The position numbers and the translations under genes were made by a program. Positions 19,990 to 29,588 of a stretch of 64,000 bases of DNA are shown in pieces. The DNA is from an uncultured Gemmatimonadales bacterium (GTDB lineage Bacteria; Gemmatimonadota; Gemmatimonadetes; Gemmatimonadales; Gemmatimonadaceae): contig CAWBZV010000005.1 in NCBI GenBank assembly GCA_963793305.1, forward strand, positions 640,001-704,000, given 5' to 3'. Position 1 is the first letter of the stretch; each line of letters begins with the position of its first letter. The notes under the pieces are model-generated. The model was not told the DNA's origin and made no database searches. It was given only the letters and a program-made list of their open reading frames with translations.

Positions 19990-21045
19990 CTATTGCCGGA
20001 ATAGCTGAACCTTATGCTCGTCGGGTTTGTATTGCAGACCCGCAACCGTCTGCGTGAGCAACCCGAGGGTGTGCTCCATTGTGCCGTCAGCAACAGTGAT
20101 TGTGACTGGAACGGCAGCAAGACTCGCGTCCGCGATCTCGATGTCGATATTGTACTTTCGTCCGATCGTCTCGGCGACCTCGCGAAGTGGCGTATCCGTG
20201 AACGCCAACCGCCCCACGGTCCAGTCGAAGTACGCCGAGCCCACGGCCGTCACACGCACCGCACGCCCGGCGACGTTGACCTGCCCGATGCGCCCGCCCT
20301 CGAGGATCTCACTCCCGTACGGCGTCTTCACCGACACGCGCCCACTCTTGACGGCCACGCGCGCATCGCTGCCCGGATAAGCTCGCACGTCGAACTCAGT
20401 GCCGAGATCCCGCGTCTCGATGTTGCCCGCGCGCACGAGGAAAACGCGATCGGATCGATGCTCGACAGTGAACGATGCCTCGCCGACCAACGTCGCGACG
20501 TGATTGCCCGCGCGATCGATGGCGAACGAGAGACGGCTATCAGGTGCGAGCACGACGCGCGCGCCATCAGGCAAGCGCTGCTCGTGCGGCGTCTCCCCGC
20601 GCATCGCCATATAACTCACCGGCACGGACCGCACGGTAGCCACGCGCGAGATCACGTATGTCGTGCTAATCAACACGACCGCAGCACTCGCCGCGACAGC
20701 ACGCCACGGGATGCGCCAGCGCGGCATACCTTCAGCGAGCCCGCCGTCGACAACGCGCAGATGCTCGATCCCGCGCCCAGGCAGAGAGAACCGATCGCGC
20801 CGGTCGTGCTCGGCGATACGATCCTGTACCGATTCCCACGCATCTTCCGGATCGACCGGACTCGCCCCGATGCGCCGCCCGATCATCGACCAGACTTTCT
20901 TGTGCGCCTTGATGTAGCGCTGCACCGAGAGATCGTCCGACATCCAGCGCTCGACCTCGCGCCGCTCCGGCAGCGGACTCAATCCATCCAAAAAGCGGTG
21001 GACCGCCTCCCACCGCGGATCGTCCGGTCCGTATTCGTCAGTCAT
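19990..21045 (-). CDS. FecR-family anti-sigma factor
   Basis: N-terminal EVERWM helix, TM segment, LPDGARVVLAPDSRL, GEASFTV, LGTEFDV, LAFTDTPLREVAETI; start taken at MTDEY. Confidence 0.92.
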   Translation of the reverse strand: MTDEYGPDDPRWEAVHRFLDGLSPLPERREVERWMSDDLSVQRYIKAHKKVWSMIGRRIGASPVDPEDAWESVQDRIAEHDRRDRFSLPGRGIEHLRVVDGGLAEGMPRWRIPWRAVAASAAVVLISTTYVISRVATVRSVPVSYMAMRGETPHEQRLPDGARVVLAPDSRLSFAIDRAGNHVATLVGEASFTVEHRSDRVFLVRAGNIETRDLGTEFDVRAYPGSDARVAVKSGRVSVKTPYGSEILEGGRIGQVNVAGRAVRVTAVGSAYFDWTVGRLAFTDTPLREVAETIGRKYNIDIEIADASLAAVPVTITVADGTMEHTLGLLTQTVAGLQYKPDEHKVQLFRQ

Positions 21046-21095
21046 GTGTCCGTCTCGGAGGTTCAACACATATATAGACGCATGAGACCCGCTAT

Positions 21096-21803
21096 CTACG
21101 TATTCCGTCCCGGAGTCGGCAACCACGGCGCCAACTCTTTACGAAGCGTTGCATACGCCTGATGCAACTGCGTGTCCACCGTACGAATCGACACGCCCAT
21201 CAGCTCCGCGATCTGTGCGTTCGTGATCTGCCCGACGCGATGTAACACCAGCGTCTCGCGCCGCCGCACCGGCAACTTGGCGACCGCCCGCGCGATCGCC
21301 GCTTGCAATTCGCCAACCGCGAGCTCCGACTCGACCGGCAGTCGCTCCGGGTTCTCCGGAAGCGGCCCGGGACCAAACGTCCCGTTCGACCGGAGCACCC
21401 GCGCGATCCAATGGCGCTCCACGCGCCGCCGCCGGAGCGCCGAAATCGCCCGCTTCCGCACGGCCGCGTACAAATACGAAACGAGCGACTGCCGCACCGA
21501 CAACGTCGTCCGCTTCGTCCACAAGTTCAGCATGACCTCTTGGACAATTTCCTGCGCGTCCGCGTCCGACGCTACGAGCGCATAGGCGATATTGACAAGC
21601 CAGGGCTGATAATGTAGAAACGCATCGCGGAACGCGGTCTCGTCACCGCGATGAATCCCATCGATCCACTGGCGATCGGTCGTCGCCTGATCGATGGCGC
21701 CCCCGTGCTGCACGGAGGGCGATTCGAATCGCGGCCGGCGATTCACCGATGGCTGCCGGTGGCGGAACGGAGGACGGCGAGAATCATCTGACGCGGAGAA
21801 CAT
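21096..21803 (-). CDS. ECF RNA polymerase sigma-70 factor (FecI-like)
   Basis: Region 2 DAQEIVQEVMLNLW; region 4 LPVRRRE...IAELMGVSIRTV; upstream of fecR-like gene. Confidence 0.92.
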   Translation of the reverse strand: MFSASDDSRRPPFRHRQPSVNRRPRFESPSVQHGGAIDQATTDRQWIDGIHRGDETAFRDAFLHYQPWLVNIAYALVASDADAQEIVQEVMLNLWTKRTTLSVRQSLVSYLYAAVRKRAISALRRRRVERHWIARVLRSNGTFGPGPLPENPERLPVESELAVGELQAAIARAVAKLPVRRRETLVLHRVGQITNAQIAELMGVSIRTVDTQLHQAYATLRKELAPWLPTPGRNT

Positions 21804-21819
21804 AGAACACCCTCACTCA

Positions 21820-22023
21820 CTACGCAGCAGTATGTGGCAAACTCAACTCAACGACCGGCTCGACGAGATCACGCGCCCGCCGACCCGGCAACCGATCGGC
21901 ACGCATCGCTTCCGCGAGATGCCGTAGCCCCTCGAAGTACGCGACCATCTCCGTCTCGGCGCGCACGCGCGCCTCGAAGATCGGACGATCCGTCGTATCG
22001 AATGCCCGGTAGATCCAATACAT
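21820..22023 (-). CDS. Small hypothetical protein (67 aa)
   Basis: AAGGAGG-like RBS upstream on the minus strand; protein-like composition. Confidence 0.5.
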   Translation of the reverse strand: MYWIYRAFDTTDRPIFEARVRAETEMVAYFEGLRHLAEAMRADRLPGRRARDLVEPVVELSLPHTAA

Positions 22024-22239
22024 GGTGGGAGTCCTCCTTAATGCTCAAGAGACGCTCGCCACGCCCCGACTACGTATAGACGTGCGGACAACGTGACCGG
22101 GTGAACGTCGTTACGAAGCGCAAAGCCGGGGTCGCCAGGAAGCAACCTCAGCAAGGGCTTGTGCGGGGTATCTCAGCGCCTAATGTTGAGCCCGTTGAGA
22201 GCTCGCGCTCCGGCCCGCTCATAGGGGACGGGCCCGCGA

Positions 22240-22335
22240 TAACGGCACAACCGCCGAAAGGCGGCGTCGCAAAGCTCTGGAGGCTAACGCGCGCTTGAGC
22301 CATTCGGGCGCGCCATGCCAGTCCGGCCGCCGAAC
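22240..22335 (+). ncRNA. Cyclic di-GMP-I (GEMM) riboswitch
   Basis: GGCACAACCGCC-GAAA-GGCGG (P2, GNRA loop), CGCAAAGC junction, P3 with CTAA/ATG tetraloop receptor, closing GCCGAA; ends about 25 nt before a start codon with RBS. Confidence 0.8.
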
Positions 22336-22359
22336 GGACGAGAGGGGAGGAGCGCGCAC

Positions 22360-23710
22360 GTGACCACGCGGCTCATACTCGGCGCCTGCATGCTCGCGCA
22401 CGTGGCGCACGCGCAACTAGCGGCGAAGCCGTCGTTGGCGACACCCACAACGCTACGCGAGACAGAGACCGGTTCCTGGCGCGCGGGCGACGCCATGGTC
22501 TGGATCCGCGTCGCTCCCACCGGCGCGATCTCCGTCTACGCATCCCACGGGTACCGCAGCGCGTTCGCGCATGCGGTGATCATCACGCCCGAGGACGCCG
22601 ATAAATGGGCGGACCTCGGCGACCACGTTCTCGCCGGGCAAACGGCGAGTGGCGCGATCATGCTCGGCGACAGCGACATCGCGCTCGAGCCCATGCGCGC
22701 CGGCGACTCGGTCGCGCTCGCCGTCAGACTCGGCGGCGTGCGCCCCGACGGCATCACGTTCCTCATGAACGGGCAGTCGCTCCGTGAGGTCCTGCCGATT
22801 CTCCGGGCGACCGCGAAAGCAGCGCGCGCCACGCAATCGGCGAGCGCGGCACCTCCGGCGACAACACCGGCAACGCCGGCAGCCGCGCCGACTGCCGCGA
22901 AAACAGCTCCTGCGGCGCCAGTTATTGCGCCCGCTCCGGCAACGGCGACTGCAGCCCCACCTGCCGCGGCACCAGTTACCGTGACGCCAGCTACTGCGGC
23001 GCCAGCCGCTGCCCGCGCCACCACTCCGGCCGCCGCTCCCGCACCTACGCCGCACACGGCAGCGATCGACTCGCCCCCACCCGCAGTGCCGGTTGTCTTA
23101 GCCTCTGCGGCTGCGGCGCCCGCGGCTCCGCCAGAGGTCGCTGCGGCCGACACGCCACCCGCGCCCGCTCCCGAGGCCGAAGTGGCGCCAGCGACATCGA
23201 CGCCGAGCTGTCGTGGCAGCTCCGGTCGCGCCAGCTCAAGTCGCGCCAGTTCCGGTCGCGCCAGCTCCCGTTGCTCCCGCGAAAATCGCGAAAGTGACAA
23301 AGCTGAAGCCAACGCCCCAAGCGCCTGAGACGGTGCCGTTACGCCGTACGAGCGCCGGCAGCATCGCCAAGCCCGCGGCCGCCATGACGATCACCGTTGG
23401 GCCGACCGATGCCACCAAGCTCGCACCGTCGACCGTGGCCAACCTCGTCAAGCAATGGCAGTCGCAATTGGATCTTTGCTACTCTGAATTCGGCTTGAAG
23501 GTCAACCCGGCGTTGACCGGTTCGATCGCGGTGCGCCTCGCGATCCGTACCACGGGCGACGTTGGCGCGGCGACCTTCGTGCACCACAAGTGGTCTGGTG
23601 CGGGCGGTACCGAGGCCGAGTCGTGCATGCGCGCACGAGTGATGGCGTGGATGTTCCCACCGGCGTCGACGCCGAGTGCACACGAGTTCACCGTCGCCTT
23701 CGCACCGTAA
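22360..23710 (+). CDS. Secreted Pro/Ala-rich protein with C-terminal AgmX/PglI (TonB-C-like) domain; frameshift near 23208
   Basis: GAGGAG RBS, signal peptide, long PA linker, C-terminal LDLCYSEFGLKVNPALTGSI...ESCM...WMFP. Confidence 0.72.
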
Positions 23711-23752
23711 TCGATCGAGAGGGTTGCCAACGTCGGCGGCGACGCCAATGTT

Positions 23753-24788
23753 ATGTGTCCGATGTCGCCGATTGCGTCTCTGACGCTTCGCTTGTCCGAT
23801 GCACCGCGCTCTGAGGACGACACCCAGTCGGTGCACCTGAGACTGGCCGATGCCGATCGGCTCCGCCGCAGCGAATCATGGGATGACGCCATCGCCGCAT
23901 ACCGCGCCGCGATCGGCGCGGCCGCCCCAACTGACCGCGATCTCCTCGCCGACGCCAATCGGCACCTCGGCTTCTGCCTGCGCATGGCGGGACGCCTCGG
24001 CCCCGCGGCCGACGCGTACGCCGCGGCGGCCAGCATGGCCCACGGCCTCCGCGATGTGCGGCGCATGCTGCTCGCGCGCATTGGATCCGCCGTGGTCGTG
24101 TTCTATCGCGGGAATCTCCCCGCAGCCGCCGATATGCTCGAGGCCGTAGTGCTCGAGGCCGAGTCGCTCGTGGCCACGAATCGCTCTCTCGTCAATGTCG
24201 TCGCGCGCGCCAAGCACGATCGCGCGACCATCGCGCACGATCGAGGGTCGCCCGAGATCGCCGTCGCCGATCTCTACGAAGCGTTTCATTTATATACCGA
24301 TGCCGCACAACGCGATCGCGTGCTGATCGACATGGCGCGCGCGTTCGGTGACCTCGGACTGACCAACGTCGCGCGCGATGCGCTGCTGCTCTGCCGAACG
24401 TGCGCCGCCGGTCCCGCCGCGCGCACCGCCGCGACGATCAATCTGCTCGACATGGCCCAGCGCGAAAGCGATCACGTCACGTTCGAGCACTATCGCCAGA
24501 ATGCTCGCCGCGGAGCCGCTCATTCCAAGACACGCGGCGTACTATCATCTGTTCGTCGGTGAAGGCCTGAGACGGTTCGGCGACGCCGCGGCAACGGATG
24601 CGTACGCGCGCTCACGCGACATCGCCGAGCGGTACGGACTGAACGAGGTCATGCTGCGTGCCGAGGCGGCACTGACCACCCCCGCTCAGTCGCCCACGGC
24701 ACGCGCCCCTCGCAAGACGACGTATCCGCCGGCGGTCCAGCGCGTCGCCGCGTCAATTCACGCGCTAGCCGCACAAAACGCGGGCTAG
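23753..24788 (+). CDS. TPR-like protein, paralog of 12107..13603; frameshift near 24500
   Basis: Shared motifs CLRMxG, LARxG, RGxLP, HDR, LYEAF.LY, RDR.L.D, FE.YR, Y.LFVGEG..RFG. Confidence 0.75.
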
Positions 24789-24901
24789 CGCGTGACGCTT
24801 CGAGGCAGCGCTGACGCGCCGCACGAAGCTGGTCGGTTGGACAACGCTCGGCTGCGCCTCGCTGTGGCGCGCTGCCGCATTCGACGCCTAGATTGTCGGG
24901 C

Positions 24902-25330
24902 ATGCGTCGAACCGTGTTCCTCCTGATGGTGCTGGCCGTTGCCGCATGCGGGGCAACGCTGTGGCCTACGACGAAGGTGCAAACCAAGTCCTTCGCGCCC
25001 GATCTCTACGGCTGCGCGGCCGCGAGCGTCCGGGCGCTCAAGTACTCGTTGGTCAGCAACGACTCCAACGGTGGCCGGTTCGAGGCCCGGCGCAAGTACT
25101 CGCTCAAAGCAGAAGGTCCGGATGTCGATGAGGTCGGGCGTGCCAATGTCCTGACGGTGGAGATCGTCAAGGCACGGAACGACTCGAGTGGTACCACGAC
25201 CCTGAAGGTCCAAGCTGGGACGCTCTCGACACACGAGACGAAGCGTGGGCCGACGGAAGACCCGGAGTATGCTTCGCCCGCGGTGAAACAGGACGCCCAG
25301 ACAGTCGTCACCCGCTGCGCGAGCACATAA
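24902..25330 (+). CDS. Hypothetical lipoprotein
   Basis: MRRTVFLLMVLAVAAC lipobox. Confidence 0.7.
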   Translation: MRRTVFLLMVLAVAACGATLWPTTKVQTKSFAPDLYGCAAASVRALKYSLVSNDSNGGRFEARRKYSLKAEGPDVDEVGRANVLTVEIVKARNDSSGTTTLKVQAGTLSTHETKRGPTEDPEYASPAVKQDAQTVVTRCAST

Positions 25331-25334
25331 ATAC

Positions 25335-25982
25335 ATGCGGAACTACATCACGGAGTTCATCGGGACGTTTTTCCTCGTACTGACCGTCGGCTTCTGTGTG
25401 ACGTCCAACGCCCCCCTCGGCGCGCTGGCGATCGGCTCGTCGCTCATGATCATGGTCTACATGGGCGGCCACATCTCGGGCGGACACTATAACGGCGCCG
25501 TGTCGCTCGCCGTATTCCTCCGCGGCAAGATCGACGCGCGCACGTTCGTCGGCTATCTCATCAGCCAGCTCCTCGGCGCGATCGCCGCCGCGCTCATCGT
25601 GTACCTCGTGACGAGCAAGACCTATCCGCTCGCCCCTGGTCCGGGCGTCTCGCCGATGGCCGCGCTCATTGTCGAAACGCTGTACACGTTCGCACTCTGC
25701 ATCGTCGTGCTCAACGTCGCGACCTCGCCCGATACCGAGGGCAACTCGTACTACGGTCTGGCGATCGGCTTCACGATCGTCGTCGCCGCGATCAGTGGTG
25801 GATCGATCTCGGGCGGCGCGTTCAACCCGAACGTCGGCACGGGCCCGATCCTGGTCGATGCGATCCTCAAGGGAGGCTCGCTCGCCAATGTCTGGCTCTA
25901 TCTCGTCGGCCCATTCCTGGGCGGTGCATTGGCGGCATGGGTCTATCGGTTGCAGAACCCGGCACCGGCGGGCAGCGCCTGA
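25335..25982 (+). CDS. MIP-family aquaporin with variant NPA boxes
   Basis: EFIGTF, HISGGHYNGAVS, ISGGAFNPN, WLYLVGPFLG; six hydrophobic helices. Confidence 0.93.
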   Translation: MRNYITEFIGTFFLVLTVGFCVTSNAPLGALAIGSSLMIMVYMGGHISGGHYNGAVSLAVFLRGKIDARTFVGYLISQLLGAIAAALIVYLVTSKTYPLAPGPGVSPMAALIVETLYTFALCIVVLNVATSPDTEGNSYYGLAIGFTIVVAAISGGSISGGAFNPNVGTGPILVDAILKGGSLANVWLYLVGPFLGGALAAWVYRLQNPAPAGSA

Positions 25983-27122
25983 CTTTAGCCGCGGCATTCA
26001 ACGCGCGCCTCACGCAGCTCACATGCTTTGCGTGCGGGCGCGCGCATGACCCGCATGTCCCGCAGCGCGTCTGCACGGCGTGCGGCATGCCGTTGCGCGT
26101 GGACTATCGCCTCGATAGCTCGTCTCTTCCTCGTCAAGCGCTGACCAACCGGCCGGCGTCGCTGTGGCGCTACCGCGAAGTCTTGCCGTTGGCCTCAGGC
26201 GAAGTCACGCTGGGCGAGGGCTGGACGCCGTTGGTCCAGGTCGAGCCTCGCGTCTGGATAAAGGATGAATCGCGCAATCCCACCGGCTCCTTCAAAGCCC
26301 GCGGTCTGGCGATGGCCGTTTCCGTCGCCCGAGCGCTCGGAGCGAAAGCACTGACCGCACCCTCGGCCGGCAACGCCGCTGGCGCTCTCGCGGCGTACGG
26401 GGCGAGAGCCGGTATTCCCGTCGTCGTCGCGATGCCCGAAGACACCCCTCGTGGGTGCATCGAGGAGTGTCGGGTCTACGGCGCGCACGTGGAGCTCGTG
26501 CCGGGGACCATATCTGATGCCGGCAAATGGCTCCGGGACCACGGACCGGCGGACGCATTCAATGTCTCGACGCTCAAGGAGCCGTACCGGGTCGAAGGCA
26601 AGAAGACGATGGCCTACGAGCTCTTCGAGCAATTCGAGGGGAGCCTGCCAGAATGTGATCGTCTATCCCACGGGTGGCGGAACAGGGCTGGTTGGGATGG
26701 GGAAGGCGATCGAAGAGATGCGCGCACTGGGCTGGATCCCGGAGGGAGCAAAACCCCCGAGGTTCGTGTCGGTGCAGACCGCGGGCTGCGCCCCAGTTGT
26801 CCGTGCGTTCGACTTGGGCGCCGAGAAAACAGAGACATGGGCCGACGCCGAGACCCGGGCGTGGGGCCTTCGAGTCCCGTCGCCGATCGGCGGGTTCGTT
26901 TGCCTGAGAGTGATCCGCGAAACGCATGGCACGGCCGTCGCGGTGAGCGAAGGCGAGATCGCGCCCGCCACTCGCGCGCTCTCGGCACAGACCGGCGTCG
27001 ACATCTGCCCTGAAACCGGGGCGGCGTGGTCGGCGTTTGTCTCTTTGCGCGCATCGGGATGGATCACGCCCCGAGACCGGGTCGTCGTCTTCAATACGGG
27101 GACTGGGCTCAAGTATCGTTGA
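25979..27122 (+). CDS. thrC: Threonine synthase (PLP fold II), frameshift near 26650; start uncertain
   Basis: N-terminal CxxC pairs, LGEGWTPL, NPTGSFKARG, SAGNAA, EGKKT, YPTGGG, FNTGTGLKY. Confidence 0.85.
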
Positions 27123-27251
27123 CCTAACCCCGGCCCGTATCTTGATTTGGACGCGCTAGCCGGTTTGTTCCAGCCCGTGTATGTTACGAGCGCGCTACAA
27201 CCCCGAGAGCCTGTGAAATCGAGCATCAAGCCTTCTGCGAGTTCCGATGAT

Positions 27252-28463
27252 ATGGATGCGCCTCAGCTGAGCGCATCATCGGATGTCTTCTTTAAGACCC
27301 GAGATTTTACGCGGCTCGCCGAAGCGAAGGCCTCCGGACTCTACCCGTATTTCGTCCCCATCGAGTCCTCGACCGGCACCGAGGTCGTCATCGACGGCAA
27401 GCGTCGCGTGATGATCGGCTCGAACAACTATCTCGGCCTGACGCACGACCCCCGCGTGATTGCCGCGGCCCAAGCCGCCATCGAGAAGTACGGCAGCGCG
27501 TGCACGGGCAGCCGGTTCCTGAACGGCAACACCGACCTCCACGATCGCATCGAGGTCAAGCTCGCCGAGCTCACCGGCAAAGAAGCGGGCCTGGTGTTCT
27601 CGACAGGGTTCCAGACAAACCTCGGCGTCATCGCGACGCTGGTCGGCCGCACGGACTTCGTCTACATCGACAAGCTCGATCACGCGAGCATCGTCGACGG
27701 ATGCTTCCTATCAGCCGGCGACACCGTCCGGTTCCGCCACGGTGATCTCGGCGATCTCGAGGCCAAGCTCGCCCGAGGCAACCGCAATGGCGGCGGCAAA
27801 CTGATCGTCGTTGACGGCGTGTTCAGTATGGAAGGCGACATCGTCGACCTCCCGCGCTTGGTCGAGCTCTGCGCCCAGTACGACGCCCGTCTCGTGGTCG
27901 ACGACGCACACTCGATCGGCGTCCTCGGCGAGACCGGCGCCGGTACCGCCGAGCACTTCGGACTCACGCCACAAGTCGATCTCATCGTCGGCACGTTCAG
28001 CAAGTCGTTCGCCTCGATCGGTGGGTTCGTCACCGGCGAGCGCGAGGTGATCGAGTACCTCAAGCATCAGGCGCGGGCGCTCATCTTCAGCGCCTCGATG
28101 CCGCCATCGGCGTGCGCCGCGGTACTCACCTGTATTGACATCATGGCCGCCGAACCCGAGCGCCGTCAGAGGCTCTGGGAAAACGCGGACTACATGCGTG
28201 CCGGGCTCCGGTCGCTCGGCTATGATACCGGCGTCAGCGAAACTCCCATCGTGCCGGTGATCATCGGCAACGATCTCATGACGTTCCATTTCTGGCGCTC
28301 ACTCTTCGACAAAGGCGTGTTCACGAATCCAGTCGTGGCGCCCGCCGTCCCCGAAAAAGAATCCCGGATCCGCACCTCATACTCGGCTACCCACACGCGT
28401 GACCAACTCGATTTCGTACTCGATGTGTTCGCCAAAGTCGGGCGAGCGGCCGGCGTGATCTAA
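27252..28463 (+). CDS. spt: Serine palmitoyltransferase-like alpha-oxoamine synthase
   Basis: GLYPYF, SNNYLGL, CTGSRFLNG, DDAHSIG, GTFSKSFAS, IFSASMPP; context of GNAT plus SDR; alternative GTG start at 27213. Confidence 0.8.
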   Translation: MDAPQLSASSDVFFKTRDFTRLAEAKASGLYPYFVPIESSTGTEVVIDGKRRVMIGSNNYLGLTHDPRVIAAAQAAIEKYGSACTGSRFLNGNTDLHDRIEVKLAELTGKEAGLVFSTGFQTNLGVIATLVGRTDFVYIDKLDHASIVDGCFLSAGDTVRFRHGDLGDLEAKLARGNRNGGGKLIVVDGVFSMEGDIVDLPRLVELCAQYDARLVVDDAHSIGVLGETGAGTAEHFGLTPQVDLIVGTFSKSFASIGGFVTGEREVIEYLKHQARALIFSASMPPSACAAVLTCIDIMAAEPERRQRLWENADYMRAGLRSLGYDTGVSETPIVPVIIGNDLMTFHFWRSLFDKGVFTNPVVAPAVPEKESRIRTSYSATHTRDQLDFVLDVFAKVGRAAGVI

Positions 28464-29588
28464 TGACGAACGTCACGGTCAAGGCTGCCGACAGCGCCTC
28501 TGACCGCAAAGAGTTTATCGAACTTCCGTATCGCCTCCACGCAGGGCACCCGTACTGGGTTCCCCCGTTGCGGTCGGAACGTCGCACACTTGCTCGACCC
28601 CGCCAATCCATTCTTCGCGCACGCGGAAGCGCAGCAGTTCATCGCCCGCGACGCCTCGGGGAAGGTCGTTGGTCGCATCGTCGCGGTCAAAAACGACGCG
28701 CACACGGATCGCCATCACGACGGCGTTGGATTCTTCGGCTTCTTCGAGGCCGAGAATGATCCGGGCGTGGCGGCTGCGCTATTTGACACGGCCCGCGACT
28801 GGCTCAAGCAACGCGGCTTCACGACCATGCGCGGCCCGATGAGCCCATCGATCAACGACGAGATCGGTTTTCTGATCGACGGTTTCGACCAGACGCCCGT
28901 CGTGATGATGCCGTACACGCCGCAGTACTATCCCGCCCTCGCCGAGAGCTATGGGTTCACCAAGGCGAAGGACGTGTACGCGTATCGGCACGACAAGACC
29001 GCGCTGCAGCTCGATCGCGTCAAACGGCTGGCCAACGTCCTGGCGAAGCGGAACAACATCGTCGTCCGCCCGCTCAACATGAAGAACTTCCAGGGCAACG
29101 TCGACAAAGTCAAAGATCTCTACAACGCCGCCTGGGAAGCGAATTGGGGCGCGGTACAGATTACCGAAGAGGAGCTGGCCAACGTCGCGAAGCAGCTCAA
29201 GCCCGTCGTGCTGCCCGACCTCGTGCAATTCGCCGAGATGGACGGACAGACGGTTGGATTCTCGCTCGCGCTGCCCGATCTCAACGTCGCCCTGAAACAC
29301 ATGGGCGGCCGCCTGTTCCCATTCGGCTTCCTCAAGCTGCTCTGGTACCAGCGCAATATCCCAGGCCTCCGCGTCTGGGCGCTCGGCGTGCATCCCGACC
29401 ATCGCCGGAGCGGCGTGGCGGAGCTCCTGTACCTGGCCATCGTCAAGAATGGACTCGCCCGCGGGATGGTGTATGGGGAGTCCGGGTGGATCCTCGAGGA
29501 CAACTATTTGATGCGCCAGGCGATCGAGAAGATGGGCGGCCAGCGGTACAAGACGTACCGCGTTTACGACAAGCCGATCGGGGGCTGA
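28463..29588 (+). CDS. GNAT-fold N-acyltransferase, bacterial ceramide synthase-like; frameshift near 28585
   Basis: PYWVPPL, NPFF, GRI, FFGFFE, MRGP, MPYTPQYYP, AWEANWG, LPDLN, LGVHPDHRRSG, WILEDN, YKTYRVY. Confidence 0.8.

Noticed and set aside
22100..22170. Second tandem c-di-GMP riboswitch (CGCAAAGCC at about 22119)
   Set aside because: No upstream GNRA-capped P2 stem or tetraloop receptor is evident
12000..24800. Integrative element or prophage carrying the lasso block
   Set aside because: No integrase, transposase, tRNA or att-like repeats seen
27252..28463. bioF or kbl
   Set aside because: No biotin or tdh genes nearby, and the GNAT plus SDR context favours spt; not formally excluded without a phylogeny
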